NCBI GenBank assembly: GCA_030704615.1
Contig: CM060733.1
Location: 33,852,001-33,916,000 of the forward strand
Source of the DNA: Takakia lepidozioides
Taxonomy: Eukaryota; Plantae; Bryophyta
Reading direction: 5' to 3'
Length of the DNA stretch: 64,000 nucleotides
Shown: in pieces, positions 49,201-63,400 of the stretch
Position numbering within the stretch: position 1 is the stretch's first letter
Layout of the letters: each line of letters opens with the position of its first letter
The notes under the pieces: model-generated
The model's database searches: none
Seen by the model: only the letters and a program-made list of their open reading frames with translations
What the model was told of the DNA's origin: nothing
Translations under genes and position numbers: made by a program

Positions 49201-51808
49201 GTTTGCAGGCCATGGTATCTTTGGCCATGAAGCAGCAAACATACATAGAATGTTCTCCTTGATAGGTTAATTTCTCAAACAGTCAGGGTACAGTCCATGG
49301 ATCTGAGATTAGCGACTTGCACTTCCTGTTGATTAATTCTCTGCCTACGATGGCGTGTGTTCTTGGACAGATGGATCTGGGCAAGTATCTGCATGAGAAG
49401 GGATGCTTGGAACCAGAAAGGGTGATAGCATATGCGCTTGATATTGCTAGGTTTATGAATTGATCCCTCCCCAGTACGACGTTGATTTTGTGACCTGTAG
49501 GATGATGTGCTACATCTTGCCGGTCAATGCTCTTTATCTGTGTATCTCTGCCCCCATCCAACCATCATCTTGAGCTAGTCTCTGTCGAATTCCGGATTCA
49601 GTCTGTCCCTTGTCCATGACCCCTACCCCATGCGTATAGCCCTTCTCCTTCTCGCCCCTTTCTTACTATATCTCGTTTGAGGTGGATGATTTTCTTTCCT
49701 GTAAACAAATGTTTGATCACATGTCATTTGTGAATGTTACATCCACCAATACAGGGGAATGAACTATTTGCATGAGCACAAGCCAGAGGCCATCATCCAC
49801 CGTGACCTTAAACCCAGGTGAGGTTTGTTTTCAAATAGTACCTTTGCGATCTCCTATGTCCATGTTTGCAGAAGGGTGCATTCTCATGCAACATCATTCA
49901 TGCGTATTAGCCCTGAACAGGGCGTGAAGTGAAACCTGGACAAGGCACACAATGATCACATGGATGTAATTGCAGTGTGTGATATGAACTAAGCAATTGC
50001 AAATTGCTGGTAAATAGTAGCATCGCTGTTGCCCAAGCTGCCTAAAGTACCAGTGGTCCTGTGGGTTGAAGAGGCGCTGTGATTCATGTTTGCTTTGGCT
50101 TGCATCCTCCTTTTCCTGTCCTTGTGTACATGTAGTGGATGAAGTAATGTGCCGATATTGCCTGACAAAAATACCCTGATACAAGAGGCAGGGAGTAGCG
50201 GTGGAAAGGAGGGGCTGAGTGAGTGAGTGGGTGTGGATTGAAGTTGACAAGTGAGCCGTTGCCGTAGAAGGTACCAGCAATCTGTTGAGGGACGGCAAAC
50301 ACCTCAAGGTAGCCAATTTTGGGCTGAGCATTCCGACCTACGACTCCGATCCGGTTCACAATGACTCACCGCATCTGAAACCGAAAGGCACATCTTGTAT
50401 GTTTTCCTCTCTTCTCCACGAGTGCTTATACAGATGTCCTAGCCATAGCTTCAAGGATTTATATGTCCAATATGGATTGTCCTTTTGCCAAAGTGCATTG
50501 GCAGTTGGGCTCCTAGCACTCTGGTGTCATGCACAAGTTATTTAGCTCCACTTCTTTGAAAGCAGGCCAATGTTGGGCACTGCTGTAGGGCTGGGCTCTC
50601 CCCACAACAACTGCATGATAGAAATGACCCATCCATGCATAAAGCTCTATTCCAAATGGTAGTGCAGGTCGCTACATGGCACCCGAGCTGTATCGGAATC
50701 ATCCCCACGATAAGAGCGTGGATGTATTCTCTTTTGCTTTGATTGTTCAAGAGGTTCCCTCTATCCCTTCTCCCTTCTGTCTTCGGCTCTCTAGAACTTG
50801 TCCCAGCAAGCTAGGAACATGAAAATTGTTTGTAATACTTGTCATACATTTGTAGCAAATGTGTTGCGTTTGCTAGGAGGAAAATTACTACAGATCTTGG
50901 TTATCTGCCCAGTAAATGTCAGTTGCTCTGGATTGGTGTGGGTGTTGCACATGCTGTTTTTGGAAGTTTCCATGTGTTTGCTTGTAATGTTTTTGAGATT
51001 GTTTTGTTTGAGGACCCAAGAGTGATGTTGACCTGGCATGGGGTGGCTGTATAGATGATGGAAGGATCTCCCCCATTTCATTTTCAGCCACCAGAAGCAG
51101 TCGCCAGGGTTTATGCCATCGACAATAGGAGGCCTCCATTCAGGCACCATGCCCGACGGTACCCAGGTGGCCTGAAAGAGTTCGTGCCTCATCTCACTTG
51201 TGTAAATTTTTCAATTTTTTATTGATGCACCAGATAATCTTCGGTGCTTCCAAGGACACTGCATAGAGTTACTTGAAGAGGATGTAGTCCTTTTCCAGTG
51301 TGAGAGAGGAGAAAGAGAAGAAATCAGTCATTTATTCCTGATTGTCGGGGTTTATTGACATGTTCTCAAGTCTATGAATTGCTCTATGTATTGCATGTGA
51401 TCATAAAGGCTTCTTCTAAGCTCTGTTAAGAACAGCAGGGATTTGCTTATAAGAGAGAAGTTTTTTTGAGGCCAAGCAGATGTCCAATGAACTCAGATTG
51501 CTGTGTCGAGAGTTAGTACCATACATATAGCTATGGAGTTCGATGAACTGTGTTAGTCTCCAAACTGAAAGTGAAAGTTTTTTTGTGGTAACAGACTGAT
51601 AGAAGAGTGCTGGGATTCCGATACCGCAAAGCGACCAAATTTTTCCCAAATTATCAGCCGGCTCATGACAATCCAAGATGAATTCGGGAGCAAGAGATGT
51701 TGTTGGGTCACCATGAGATGCCTGTCATGGGCACCTCTCGAGATGGCATCATTCGTGATACACCGTAAAAAACTAATGCCTGACAGCACCACTGCCTCGT
51801 CCGTTTAG
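46210..51808 (+). CDS. Ankyrin-repeat tyrosine-kinase-like (integrin-linked/VIK-like) protein kinase, ~11 exons
   Basis: GRQSSLAPE; DLDGRTALHLAACEG; DRWGSTPL; EVPEYEINPSEL; VAVK; LRHPNVVQFLGAVT; IIHRDLKP; KVANFGLS; RYMAPE; DVFSF; LIEECW..RPNF. Confidence 0.92.
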
Positions 51809-52599
51809 GAAGTGTAAGACGCCTCACTTGAAGTATGTTGAAGTATGTTGACTGGACTCAGTATATTGAGCTTCGCTTTGTGTTGATTCCAACATAGTTC
51901 TTAAGTGTGACAGTCAACTTGTATCTCAGGAATGGAAGTTAGATCTTTGTGACTTTCAGAGGTTGCAATCTCTGTGCTGGACATTTTCACTGTGTACCTC
52001 GTGGGCATGAATTCATTGTTCTTCCTGGATTCTTGGAAGGTTCTGTCTGCTTGTCTTTGGGTCAACAATCTTTCCTTAAAAGATTCTTCTAGGCAAGAGT
52101 ATGTATGATGATGAAGTCTCCAAGTTGGCATGTCATCAATGAATCGACAGCAGTGGCATGGGCCTTATCTCGGATGTGACAGAAACAAGACCATTAACCA
52201 AGTCTGTTTCATAATCAAGACATGCAAAGAGTTTGACTCAGAGCAAGAACTAGATATTCAATAATAGATATTTCCTGTGGTAGGCACCTTGAGCAGGAAC
52301 TGGCCTGTCCATCACACATGTCAAGGGTCCCTCCAACCTCACATGCCAACGTGCAACCTTATTCTAACTGTGCCCTATCGACATGAGGAAAATCGGTAAC
52401 AGCATATACACAGAACTTGGACAGAGTCTTCAAGAGGCTTCACCAATGGTCCGACTATCCCACGACACTTATTACCTGGCATCCCGGATTGCACCGATGC
52501 CCTCCAATGAGGAGAAGATGGCTGTAGAGAGTACTTTCCCTTTTCAAGGGTTTGCTCATCATTGTTGTTTCAATTTCTTTCTGACATCTCAATGTTCAA

Positions 52600-52880
52600 T
52601 ATATCACACCAACTATGTATCCTTAGCTTTGTGCTTTGTTATATTGCTATAATGGTGTTGGTCACTGTAATGCGGCTCAGTCTCTGGATAGCCTATGAGT
52701 CAGGATCAAGCGCTTGGAGTATGGCATTGGGGATGAGATCCGGGGCTGGGGCCTTGGATTTGGATAAAGCTTTTAGGCAGGAGTCATACAGGTCTGTTGT
52801 GAAAAGATCAAGGATACGGTCCGTGGTGGAGCCACGCTTTTCCAGTGAGAAGCCATCGAGGTCACGCCATGGATAGTGTT
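52600..52880 (-). mobile_element. Short LINE RT N-terminal fragment
   Basis: LKALSKSKAPAPDLIPNAIL resembles the KAPGPDGIP motif of non-LTR RTs. Confidence 0.5.
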
Positions 52881-52917
52881 TGGCTTTACAAAGGGAGTTC
52901 GGTGTGTGTTGGCTAGT

Positions 52918-53100
52918 CACTACTACGTTTAGGGGGGGTTGGCGACGCCCATAGCCCCCCCGCGCCAGACGCGCCGACCCCACTACGACTGCAACATCAC
53001 ACAAGGGCCCCGGCCCGGCCCCGCCGGCGCTGAGGTGACGTTGTGGCACCTTGCGATGCCACAACGTCGCCGGAATCGGGGGCGTGACCGTGTTGTCCAC
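52918..53100 (+). mobile_element. CACTA-like transposon terminus
   Basis: Begins CACTACTACG, followed by GC-rich sequence with GCGACG/CGTCGC-type motifs. Similar in style to 57047 onward. Partner end not found. Confidence 0.5.
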
Positions 53101-53296
53101 CGTAAGTGGATAGCATCGTGGATAGCATCGTGAGAAGTAGCAGAACTTGATGTATCAACGGGGTGAACGAGAATCGGATTGGAAGCATAAATTACAGCAG
53201 AAGAACCCTCATTGTTGGTTGCTATATATTTTGTCCCTGATATAACATGAACAACAAGCTTCAATTTCATAAGCAAAGAAAGCGCAAGCTGAACTC

Positions 53297-56200
53297 TTTT
53301 TTTTTTTCTTTTTTTTTCTTTTTTTTAATAACGAAAGTGGAGGTAGCCCTTAGAAACTTTATTGACGATTATTGTTGGGAAAAAAATTAAAACCCACATA
53401 TGCCCGAAGGCTGCCATAAGGCAGAACACACGGATACTGTGTTGGAGATCCCAGGAGAGCAGTGCATTCTCACATAAAGTGACATGTCTAGAAACAGTAG
53501 CTATAGAACTAGGGCAGAGAGCCTATTCTATCATGTAGACACGGAAGAGTAATGACCAAGAAGCGTTGATCCCAAGATCTAGTGTATGCCTAAAGGCTAG
53601 TGTGTGCCTAAAGGCTGAGAGAAAGCGGTTGCAGGCGTGGGGCATAGGCAAGTAGAGAGAGAAGTGTTGACAAAGTATATGCCCATCTATCTATCAAAGT
53701 CTAGGCGAGCCCTGGATGCCCTGACATGTTTCTAGTCCATGTCCGATTTGTCAAATTTAGGCGAGGCCGAAGAGGAGGGACCAATGATGTTGCCATGATG
53801 CTGGTATGGTGGAAGCCCACTCACATGAGCCAAGCTCAGAGCATCTGCAAATGAGTCCGTGTCGTCCCCATGTCTCCTCGAAAGCTGCGAAGAGCGTGAG
53901 CCTACGTTGAGGCGCCCTGGCGATATCTGTACATAGTTTAGCCCATGCATTTTTGGCAGCCACTGTCGGATCAAAAAAGACCTGAATAAGGATTGCAGTT
54001 GCCGAGGTGTTGGAGGAATCCAGAGTCCATCTATATCTAGCTTTCCACAATTGCCAAAGAGTAGCACTTCGGAGGGTCTCAAAAACAGGACAGTCACATG
54101 CTTTAGCTTTGACAGCCTGGTTGTAATGAAGTAGCAGAGATAGTGGACCGGATGAAGGAGTCCCCCAAGGGCGGTAGAAGGTAATAACCAAGGGCCATAC
54201 TGCCCTGGGACCTGTGCAATGAAGAAAGCAATGCTCCAGGGTTTCGATGGTATAAATAGAGCAACAATTGCACAATAAAGCATCCTGAAAGCTCAAGAAT
54301 TGACCAACCTTCAAAACCCTATTAGCTATCTGCCAAAGGAAGGCACTAACTTTCGCTGGTTTTGTCTTATCCCAAACAATTTTCCATAGACATCCCCATT
54401 TCTCCTGCCTGAAGTTAGCATGACTCCAGCTGCCGTTCCATTTTGCCTATAATGGAGCTGTCTTGAGGAGAGATCTCTATAGGCTTTTTTTGCAGAATAA
54501 GAGAAGAAGGTTTGTGGCTTCCCCCCCAAGTTCCCTTCAAATTTCCAAAGCCATTCAGCGGGATCTAGCTGTAGATTTTGGATCTCATGTCCACCTATCC
54601 AGGCAAATGTCTCTATGGCAAGCCAAGAGAGTATTGGAATAGTTGGAGGGTGTGACGGGTTGAAGTCTTTTGAGGGGGCAGACCAATGGCAGATACGAAC
54701 AGGTTTGGCCAATGCTGCAGGGAAGGAAAGCTTATCCGTTGAGGCAAGGGAAAGAGCACCAGAGAAGGGGTCGGGTTGGGAATCCATACCCTTTAAGCAG
54801 AGTGCCTTGAGAGTCAGAGATGTAAACTATGATATTCTGCTGAGCTTGGAAGAGGATCCATTGACCAGGGCAGACGGGGATCTCCCCAGCCCTGGGAACG
54901 ATTTTCTAGGTGTATGGGACTTGTCTGATTATTGTGTTAATGCCTGACCTGAGTCTGTGAGCTCCCAGGGCAGTCTGGAGGGATTGAGGAGTACTATGCC
55001 AAAGATCCCTGATTTGGGAAATGCCTCTAACATCCCATGCAGCCCATCTTTTTGCCTGGTTTTTCTCTTCCCCAGAGGGTTTTGCCGAGTTAAGGAATAA
55101 GTGTTGTCTGAGGGTTTCTTGGAAGGTTTTTGGCGCATGTTTAATGAGAAAGGGCCTGAATTTGTTCCAAGAACCTCAGATAGAGGCCCATAGGGGGGAC
55201 CCCGAGGTTTTGTGTCTAAAACCTTGGGAGATCCAACGAGTGGAAGGGGCCCATGAGACAGCCGTGAGAGGAGAACTAGTGGAAATATTGTTGGAGACCA
55301 ATAGTTTCCACCATCCCCCTTCAGGGCCCACAAAACGAGGGAGCCATTTACCCAGCCTCCATTCGTTGATCATCGGAGATATTATTTCCAAAGGTGTGGC
55401 CTAACAGCGTCGTTGTTTCCCCATCTTTAAGCCATACCAGGCCTAGACCACTACCCCAGGTAGGTAGAATGCCGATAGCAGATTTGGATGAGTCTCCTAC
55501 TAGCAGAGCTTTGGTCTTGGACCAGTTCACTCTGAATCCAGACAAAGTTGCAGAATTGCAGAATGGTCATCTCAGCAGCTTTGAGGGTTGAGGGGTGTGC
55601 TTCTAAAAGGAGGAATGTATCATCCACAAACATAGAGTCCTTGACTTGGATCCACATCTGCGATTTTGGGTTGTGCAACTTCAGGCCTTTGATTAACAGG
55701 TTGTCATCAAGGAGGTAGCCGAGTGCATCTGCCACAAAGAGAAACAGGAAGGGTGCCAGAGGGCAGCCTTGTCTTACAGATCTCCGCAAGCAAAAAGATT
55801 TAGTTACATGTCTGTTGATGATAACCTGGCTGGAAGCATTGAGAAGGAGAATTTGGACCCATTTACATAACCTTGAGGTAGGCCTATCTTTGTCAAGACT
55901 GAGAGCAGGAAGTCCCAATCTACCCTATCGAAAGCCTTCTCGAAGTCCAAGAGCCAAAGGGCTAGTGCTTGATTAGATGCTTTTGCATAGGATGAGGCCT
56001 CTTGAGCTAAGAGGACATTGTCTAGAAAGTAACGCCCTTTAATGAATCATGCTTGACCTCTTTTGCCTTACAGGAGTGGACTGGGCTGGGGGCTCATTTT
56101 GCATTCAGGTTTCAAAGATTTCACTCGTGAAAGGTAGGGTAGCAGGGATTGTAATCTCCGTGCGAGGGCCTTAGCTATGATCTTATAAGAGTCATTAAGC

Positions 56201-57043
56201 AATGTGATGGGTCTATAGTTGTTAATGTCTGCCCTATCCCCTTTCTTGAACAGGAGAGATATGACACCTTGGGACATTATGAAAGGCATAGTACCCTTGA
56301 CTTTGATCTCGTTTGCCATGTCACAAAGGTCAGCGGATATTTTGGGCCAGAGTGCTTTGTAGAATTCTACAGGCATCCCATCAATATCCGGGGTTTTATT
56401 GTTGCTCATTTGCTTTAGGGCAGAGCCTAGTTCCTTAGGTGTAAACACTACCTCCAGAGGAGGAGTATCAGAGGGTTTAACCTTCAGTGGCTTGCAGGCA
56501 GCGAGCTAAACGTGAAAAGGCCAGAGGGTCAGGGGATCTTTTTGAAAGAGCTGCCTGAAGTGGGAGAAGGCTATATTGCAAAGGTCTTTGGGGATTGAGG
56601 ATTTTGTTCCATGGAGATCAGTATAGAGCTCTGCAATATTTTGGAGAGATCGTCTCTGTTTCATCTTTTGAAAAAAATACTTGTACATCTTTTCCCCCTT
56701 TGCTGACCAGTTGACACCTGCCTGCATCTGCATTTTTTGTTCTTGAAGGAGGTGGAACTTTCCCAGATTCATACGGGCTTCAAGGTAAGTTTGAAAGGTA
56801 TGTTCATCGCAAGTGTTGTTTTCAATACTCTTTTGATAGACACTGAGGCATTTTCTTAGGGCCTGAAGACGCTTTTTAAGGGCAGAAGAGATCTCCCTAC
56901 TAAGATCTTGATTGGCTTTGTTAGAGGCCGAGAGCTTTGCTTGAAATTTGAGAATAGGGCAGGATAAGTGGTTTCCAGAGTTGAGCCATTCCTTCTCCAG
57001 AGAGGTTTTGAATGAAAATTTTGAAAGGTGAGAGAAATTGAGC
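53297..57043 (-). mobile_element. Degenerate L1-clade LINE with poly(A) tail, related to the LINE at 1-3529
   Basis: T-run 53297-53326 (poly-A). CNCC..ETLEHCFLHC zinc-finger tail, FVDD (~55625), RQGCPLAP, DFEKAFDRV, NYRPITLLN, GVNWSAKGEKM. Cut at ~57043. Confidence 0.93.
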
Positions 57044-57046
57044 CTG

Positions 57047-60000
57047 TTACTACAGGAAGGGGGGGGGGGTCGACGCCGCTGCGTCGCTAAAAGGGCTGGC
57101 CCTTGTCCTCCTCCAGCGACGCCCGAATGTAGCTACTTGGCAATCCAGGGCACTGGCAGGGGCCTCCTTCTAGCGCCGGCCGACTATTGCTACCCTCCAG
57201 CCGACGGCGTTGGATGGGGCAACGCCCCGGCGTCGCATCGTTGTTTTTTTTTTCCCTAGGCCCGAGCGTCGCATACTAAAAACAACGCGACCCCCGGACG
57301 TCACATACGTAAAAAACCCCGTCACAGGGGAGTCAGGCTTTGCGACGCCTGGCCGTGGGTTTCAGCGAATCCCGGGAGTCGCATATTTCTTTTCTTTTCT
57401 GTTATTTAAAAAAAATGCGGGGCAGGACGCGAGTGGGAACAGCAACGTTGCGGCGTCGCTACTAGCGACCCCCGGAGGTCGCCAAGGGAAAAAACCAATC
57501 GCAGGAGGGGGGGGGGGGTCGGGGGTTGATTTTGGGGGGTGAATTGGGGGTGATTTTTGGTTTTTCCCTAGTTTGTTTTTGGTGTGTTGGAAGACCTTAT
57601 AGCTTCCATTGCTCTGATTTAACGGGTACATAGCATAGGTTATTGCATAGGTTTGACTAAGCATGAATCAAAGGTGAGGCCGGTGCAACACATGAATAAG
57701 AGGGAAGATGGAAAAATGGAAATATATCTACAGATGGAAATATATTTACAAGTAATGAGCTGAAATGCTTTGCTCACAAGAGTTCAGTAGGCTGACCCTG
57801 GGACCTACACGGACTACGACTAGTCGTCCTCATCCTCATCCTCATCCTCAGAGAAAGACTCAGAGCTATCCGATGAGCCTGATGACTCCGCGCCCTTTGC
57901 CTGAGCATGTACAGTAAACGGCGTTCCCCTAACTCCCACAAAACTCTCATCCAATCCTTGGCCATGACCCCCCCCCTCACCCACACTAGTGCCATGTAGC
58001 GCACTCATCCCCTCCGTGTTAGCCATGTTCTTCATGAGGGCTTGCCAACCATGTTGTTTGGCATAGTCGTACTCTATCGGAGATGACTTCCTCTCAAACG
58101 CGGTTTCCTACACATGCCACAAATGAAAGTCAGTTCCTCACGATGATGGAGCGAGGAGAAAGACATAACAAAATACATAGAGAAGTATGACTTACAAATC
58201 GCAAGATAAAACCCCTGAATCCGGCAGGGCCCCACTTGTGTGTGGATTCGTGCTTCTGAAGGCGGACTGTTGTTACTTCGCGTGCCTTCTCAAATTTGAC
58301 TTTGGGTGTCGCATCCTTCTCTCCCGCAATAAGCGCATCCCACGATACCTATGCCCCCCCCCCCCAATTAGCGAATTACACACATACGTTGCATCGAATC
58401 CACCTCATTAATGCACATGCAACAAATGGAAGGTGAAATGATTCAAGGATTTGCCAACCTGTGAAACTCCAAAAGGTGGTTTGGGTTGGACCTCATTTGC
58501 CATTGCTTTCCGAATTCTCGGTACCTCTTGTCTTTCAAGTTCCGCCCCCACCATCTCCATCACCCTTGTCTCATTCCAATTACCCGGAAACCGGCGGTCT
58601 AACTCACGGGCATACGCCCACTTTTGGCCATAGTGCTGATCAGCCCACTCGATGTGTAGAGGGAACCACAACGATGCGAGTTCGAAGGCTGGCTTCTTCA
58701 TAGCCGCCCAAAATGCACCGCAGGGGTCACCATGCTTATTGACCTCCACCCATAACAATATTTGGCAACACCACGTCCTCTATCCCCCGGAATTTTTTTT
58801 TTCTTCGTCCCACCCTCTCCCTTCTTTGTAACCTCCTTCCCCTCCACCTTTGTTACCCCACTGGCCTCCCCCGCATGCATAATCACCACCTCATCTTCAT
58901 AGGACCTCTTCTTCTTCTTTTCCTTCCCGTCACTATGTTTTTTCCCTTCCCGGCTACTTCCACTCTCTGGTCTCTCTCCCTTCTCTCTCTCTCCTCAGCA
59001 GCCCCTTCATTGATGGTAAAAGGGACCTCGGGAGGTCGAAGCCTCTTCTTGTTACCTTTGGTGTTCGGGTCCTTCATGAACACCACGTGCCCTCCCTCAT
59101 TGGCAACGCCACCGGACTGCACCAATGTGGCCAAGAATGTTGATGCCTCCTGAAGACGAATAACCCCACCAAATTCAAAAAAAGAAACAAACAACAAAGA
59201 AAATCATGCAAGGAAAGGACAAAACATGGAACAAGGTGCGACAGTTGTGCCTTTGCACTTGACTGACTCAACCCCGGTGTCACTCGATGTGGCGGAGTCC
59301 CTGCTGCCGGAAGTCCCCGCGCTATCCCCTCCCGGAGCGCTGCTGGAAGTAGATTCCAGACGACCATGGCCCACGGCGGCGGCCCGTAGTCCAGGCCCTT
59401 CTTTGTTGACCGCTCAGGCTAAGGGGGCGGCGTTGCTGCTCGGTTGGCCTCTCCACCGGCCTGTACCTCCTCGCCCTCCCCAAATGCTCCGCAGGGTAGA
59501 AGCCCTCACCCGGCTTGACTATTCGAGGCGCTTCTTTAGGTCGGCCAACTCATTGGCCCTCCTCGTCTCCTCCTCCCTCATCCTCAACACTTCTCGAGGC
59601 CCTTCAACCTGACCTTGGGCCTTGGCAAGTGCGGCCTTTGCTGCGGAGGAGGGGTCCCTATAGGGGTGACATCCAAAAGTTGCCCAAACTGGGCTCCCGA
59701 ACGGGTGATGTGCTTGCCAAGGTACATCTCACCCGTCTTGGTGGCCGGGGGTGTGCTCAACTGAGTGTCCGGCCCAACAACAACCTCCCAAATAGGAGAG
59801 GTGGCTAAGCCGGCCCCTGGCGAATCCAAGACGGGGATAAGAGGGGGGGGGTACTGGCCTGAGAGGGCAAATAAGCCCTCTGGCTGTGGTTGCCGATGGG
59901 GCTGATAAACCGTGAGACGCCAGCCCGCGTCACACGTGCCGGCAAAGCAAACGGGTTCTCAGCCCCTTTCTTTGGGGCAGGGGACTTCTTCTCTTTCCCT

Positions 60001-60450
60001 ATAAGCCTGGCCCCTATCATGCAAACCCAAAAGTTAGCCTCACCTGGAAACAATCGTGCTACATTCCAGATCCCCAAAAAAAAACAAAACATGTGGGGGG
60101 CTGAGAGCAGAAAGTGCTGCTGCTCTCAGCTCCCCCCCCCACCACAGAGGGGGCAGGAGAGAGGGGGCAGAGAGAGCAGGAGAGAGGGGGCAGAGGGAGC
60201 AAGAGAGAGGGGGCAGAAGAGAGGCGGAGAGGGGGAAGATACTATGTCTTTGTCGGGACATGGACAAGACCAAATATGGTCTTTGTCAAATTAACGACAA
60301 ATCAGCCCTTTACAGGGCACCATCTAACACCTCCTTCTATGCACATCTCCTCAAAATAATTAGGGTGGGAGGGTGGGGTCTGTTTCATAAGAGAACAGCC
60401 ATATGCCAAGAGCAGGAATGGGTTTGAGAAGAGTATGCAATTGCCATACA
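57047..60450. mobile_element. CACTA-like element inserted into the LINE, with a degenerate spliced minus-strand gene (TnpA-like?)
   Basis: TACTACAGG start and many GCGACG/CGTCGC subterminal motifs (57060-57490). Exon-like blocks at 57774-58110, 58455-58860, 58880-59150 and 59270-59900 with splice signals. Product not identified; right end unresolved. Confidence 0.45.
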
Positions 60451-63400
60451 ATCAAAGGGGCCCAAAAATTACAATTTTTTGCTTTTTGAAGTAGGTTGAG
60501 CCTTATAATACAGCAAATAGACAAAGGACTTTGGTTTTGCTGGCCTCCAAGAAATTTCAGCAGCTTAGAACTGTATGTAGTAAGCTTAACAGGTCAAGTG
60601 CAAACCATTCAGCCATGTCTGAGAATGTAATTTTGGGAGAGTCTCAAATCCATTACTAACTTTTCAAAGGACCTTGTGTGCCTAAGAAGCCACTGCTGCA
60701 TCACTTAGACTTCCATAAAAAGGCCGAATGCAAATCTGGGATATGTATACCAAATGCTTGTCAAAATGTTGCCATGTTTACTGCTAATTTCAAACAGGTT
60801 CAATCTGCAATCTGGTTATGAACTCGTCCGTTGATGGGGGTCTTAAAAAAAAGTTTCATCTCATCCATTTCCTAGTACATGTAACTCTGTTGCTAACAAG
60901 GCAAACCAGTTTGCTGCTTATTCCTTCATAGAGCCACAACACTTTAATAAAGGCTTGAAGACAATGTACCAGGCTTTGCCAAAAAATTCCACCATGATCA
61001 ATCTGGTAACCAGATATCTTATCACTGAAACCACGGGGCATTCACTAGAATGTTTGTAATATAGGAAGCATTGCATAAGACCCACTTCATAAGTTAAACC
61101 AAAACCAAAGGATGAGGTCAAAGTTTAAAGCGTATCCCCATTGAAGCGATTTCTGAAGCGGCGGTGTGCAGCGACAGTAGATCGTAGCCCACTCATCCAT
61201 TCTGCTCAGTCCAGATCACCTGCAGGCTCTGTAAATCACATCAAGTGAAGTCCCTCACCTGCGCCCGTCCCAAAAACAAACACAAAACATGTTTTGTGCG
61301 TTAGTGAGGATGCGCGAGGTGAGTTGCAGGATTTCACAGTTGCTATCCATGTCCGAGGTGAGCTACAAAGCGGGCAAAGAGATCAAATGGACAAGCATAA
61401 GCAGAAACATCCAAAAACTTTCAAAGTTAGTGGAACTAGTGGATTTTGTAGCATAACATCCAAAATCTGGCATAGACAAAGCAAAACACATTAGCTTTGC
61501 TGCAAGGGAGAGAAAACAAGCCTCCATAGATCAGTTATGGCGCCGCTGCAGCAGAAGTGCACAATGAGAGATATCTCCGGAAAGAATAGCAGCGGCTCGG
61601 CTGCCAGCATGTGGAGTGAAGACACCAGCAGGAGAACTCCTCATTCAGCTGCACCTAATCCTCCCAAGGAGATCAACAACGCGGGATTGTGCAGCGATTC
61701 AAGTCGCCATCGTGCAGCTCCAAGAAAATCAAAAGCCCAGGTGTCGGGCTGTTTAGGTTTAAAGTGGTGAATCAAAATTGTTTCCCCGCAATTTTTCATC
61801 CGGTCTGGATGGAAAATTGGCTTAGCTGATAGGTCATTTTGTACTTTTTCATCCAGCAGGAATGACTTCCGTCGGTTTCCAGGATGTCATCCATTATGGA
61901 TAAAAAATCGAGCCATTTATCAGGTTTTGAGTATTTACACAAAAAATCCTAGGTTGTCCATTAGTCATCCATCCAATTTTTTCTTAAGGTTTCCATCTAT
62001 TATGGATGAAACCCTACTATATCCATTAGGGATTATAAGAATTCCACACTAGGTATAGTATTGGAAAAAATGTTAAAATCCCAAACAAGTATCTGGAGAG
62101 AGGGAGGGAGGCAGGCAGGGTGCGAGAAAAAAAAAAAGGTGGGGGGGGGGGGGGGGGGGGTGATTCAGTAGCAGCAACAGCTACTCAGTCAGTCCCCCCC
62201 CCCCCCCCCCCATTTTTTTTTTTCTTCTCCTCCTCTCGCTCTCCCTCTCTTTCTCAATCTTCTATCACTCCCCAAAATATGTATATATATATATATAGAG
62301 GGAGAGAGGAGGCAGAAGAGAGGGAAGATATTCATGTCATGTCAAGACATGGACAAGACCCACTAGGGTCATTGTCAATTAAAGACATAAACAACCCAAA
62401 ACAGGGCACCATCTAACATTTCCATTCTTGTCATAGCTTCCCATGAATTGACATCACCCAATCAGTCATGATAAAACAGGGTGGGAGGGCGGGGTTTGTT
62501 CATGTAGGGGATGCAAGCATCTTGAACACCCGAGATCTGGCCATCTTGGCCAATGAATCATTAAATTGCGATGTTACGAGCCTGGTGTCATGACAAGGTC
62601 AGAATCACTGATTGCAGCACCTTACCTTATGAGCATAGGGTCATGCATCAAGCAAAACATAAGGACCAACTTGCAATATTTCAGACTCAGGACATGCCTC
62701 CAAGCAATCCACTTGGGCATGAAAAAACAGATTCCATACCATTTATAATCATCCCAAGACGTGTAATCATACAAGGCGTCAAGGGAATGTGAGATCAGCT
62801 TGTCATATTGCAAATTCAAGACATGTACACACAAGCATCTTGAAAACTCAGATTGCAGGTCATAGACCTGATGTCATGACAAGGCCAAAACAATAGGTAG
62901 GATTTCATTACAGCTTACCATCATCATCCTTCAAGAAGTCCATGCTAAAGCTTGCAAAAAACACCTCACTATGATCCATCACACACCAGAAATAGGCCCG
63001 AAAAAGAGCAGTTCGGTTCTTTATTAGGCTGCCACCATAACATTCAAGGCCACCGCGTCCTTAGAGCCCCAAAACTGCCGAAGCATCCCCCATAAAATCA
63101 GATCCTCTTTGACCAAAAGAACTTATAACCTAGCTCAATAATCCACAGGCCCTGCTATCAAAGATCAAAAGGTAGGGTATGGTTTGTATGCAAGCCCCAG
63201 GAAACAGGCCAAGCAGGGCGAGCTGCACATCGACAGCAGAACAACAAAGGCCAAAACACAGGCTGTAGAATGCCAAACCAAGAGCAGTCGGGTTGAAATC
63301 GGGGCTGCAGACAGCAGCCACCTCACTGCGCAATAACCCACAGGTCTCCTCAGCCCATATCCCAATCTGCATGCTCAAGAAACTTCAAAGTAGGTGAGGG

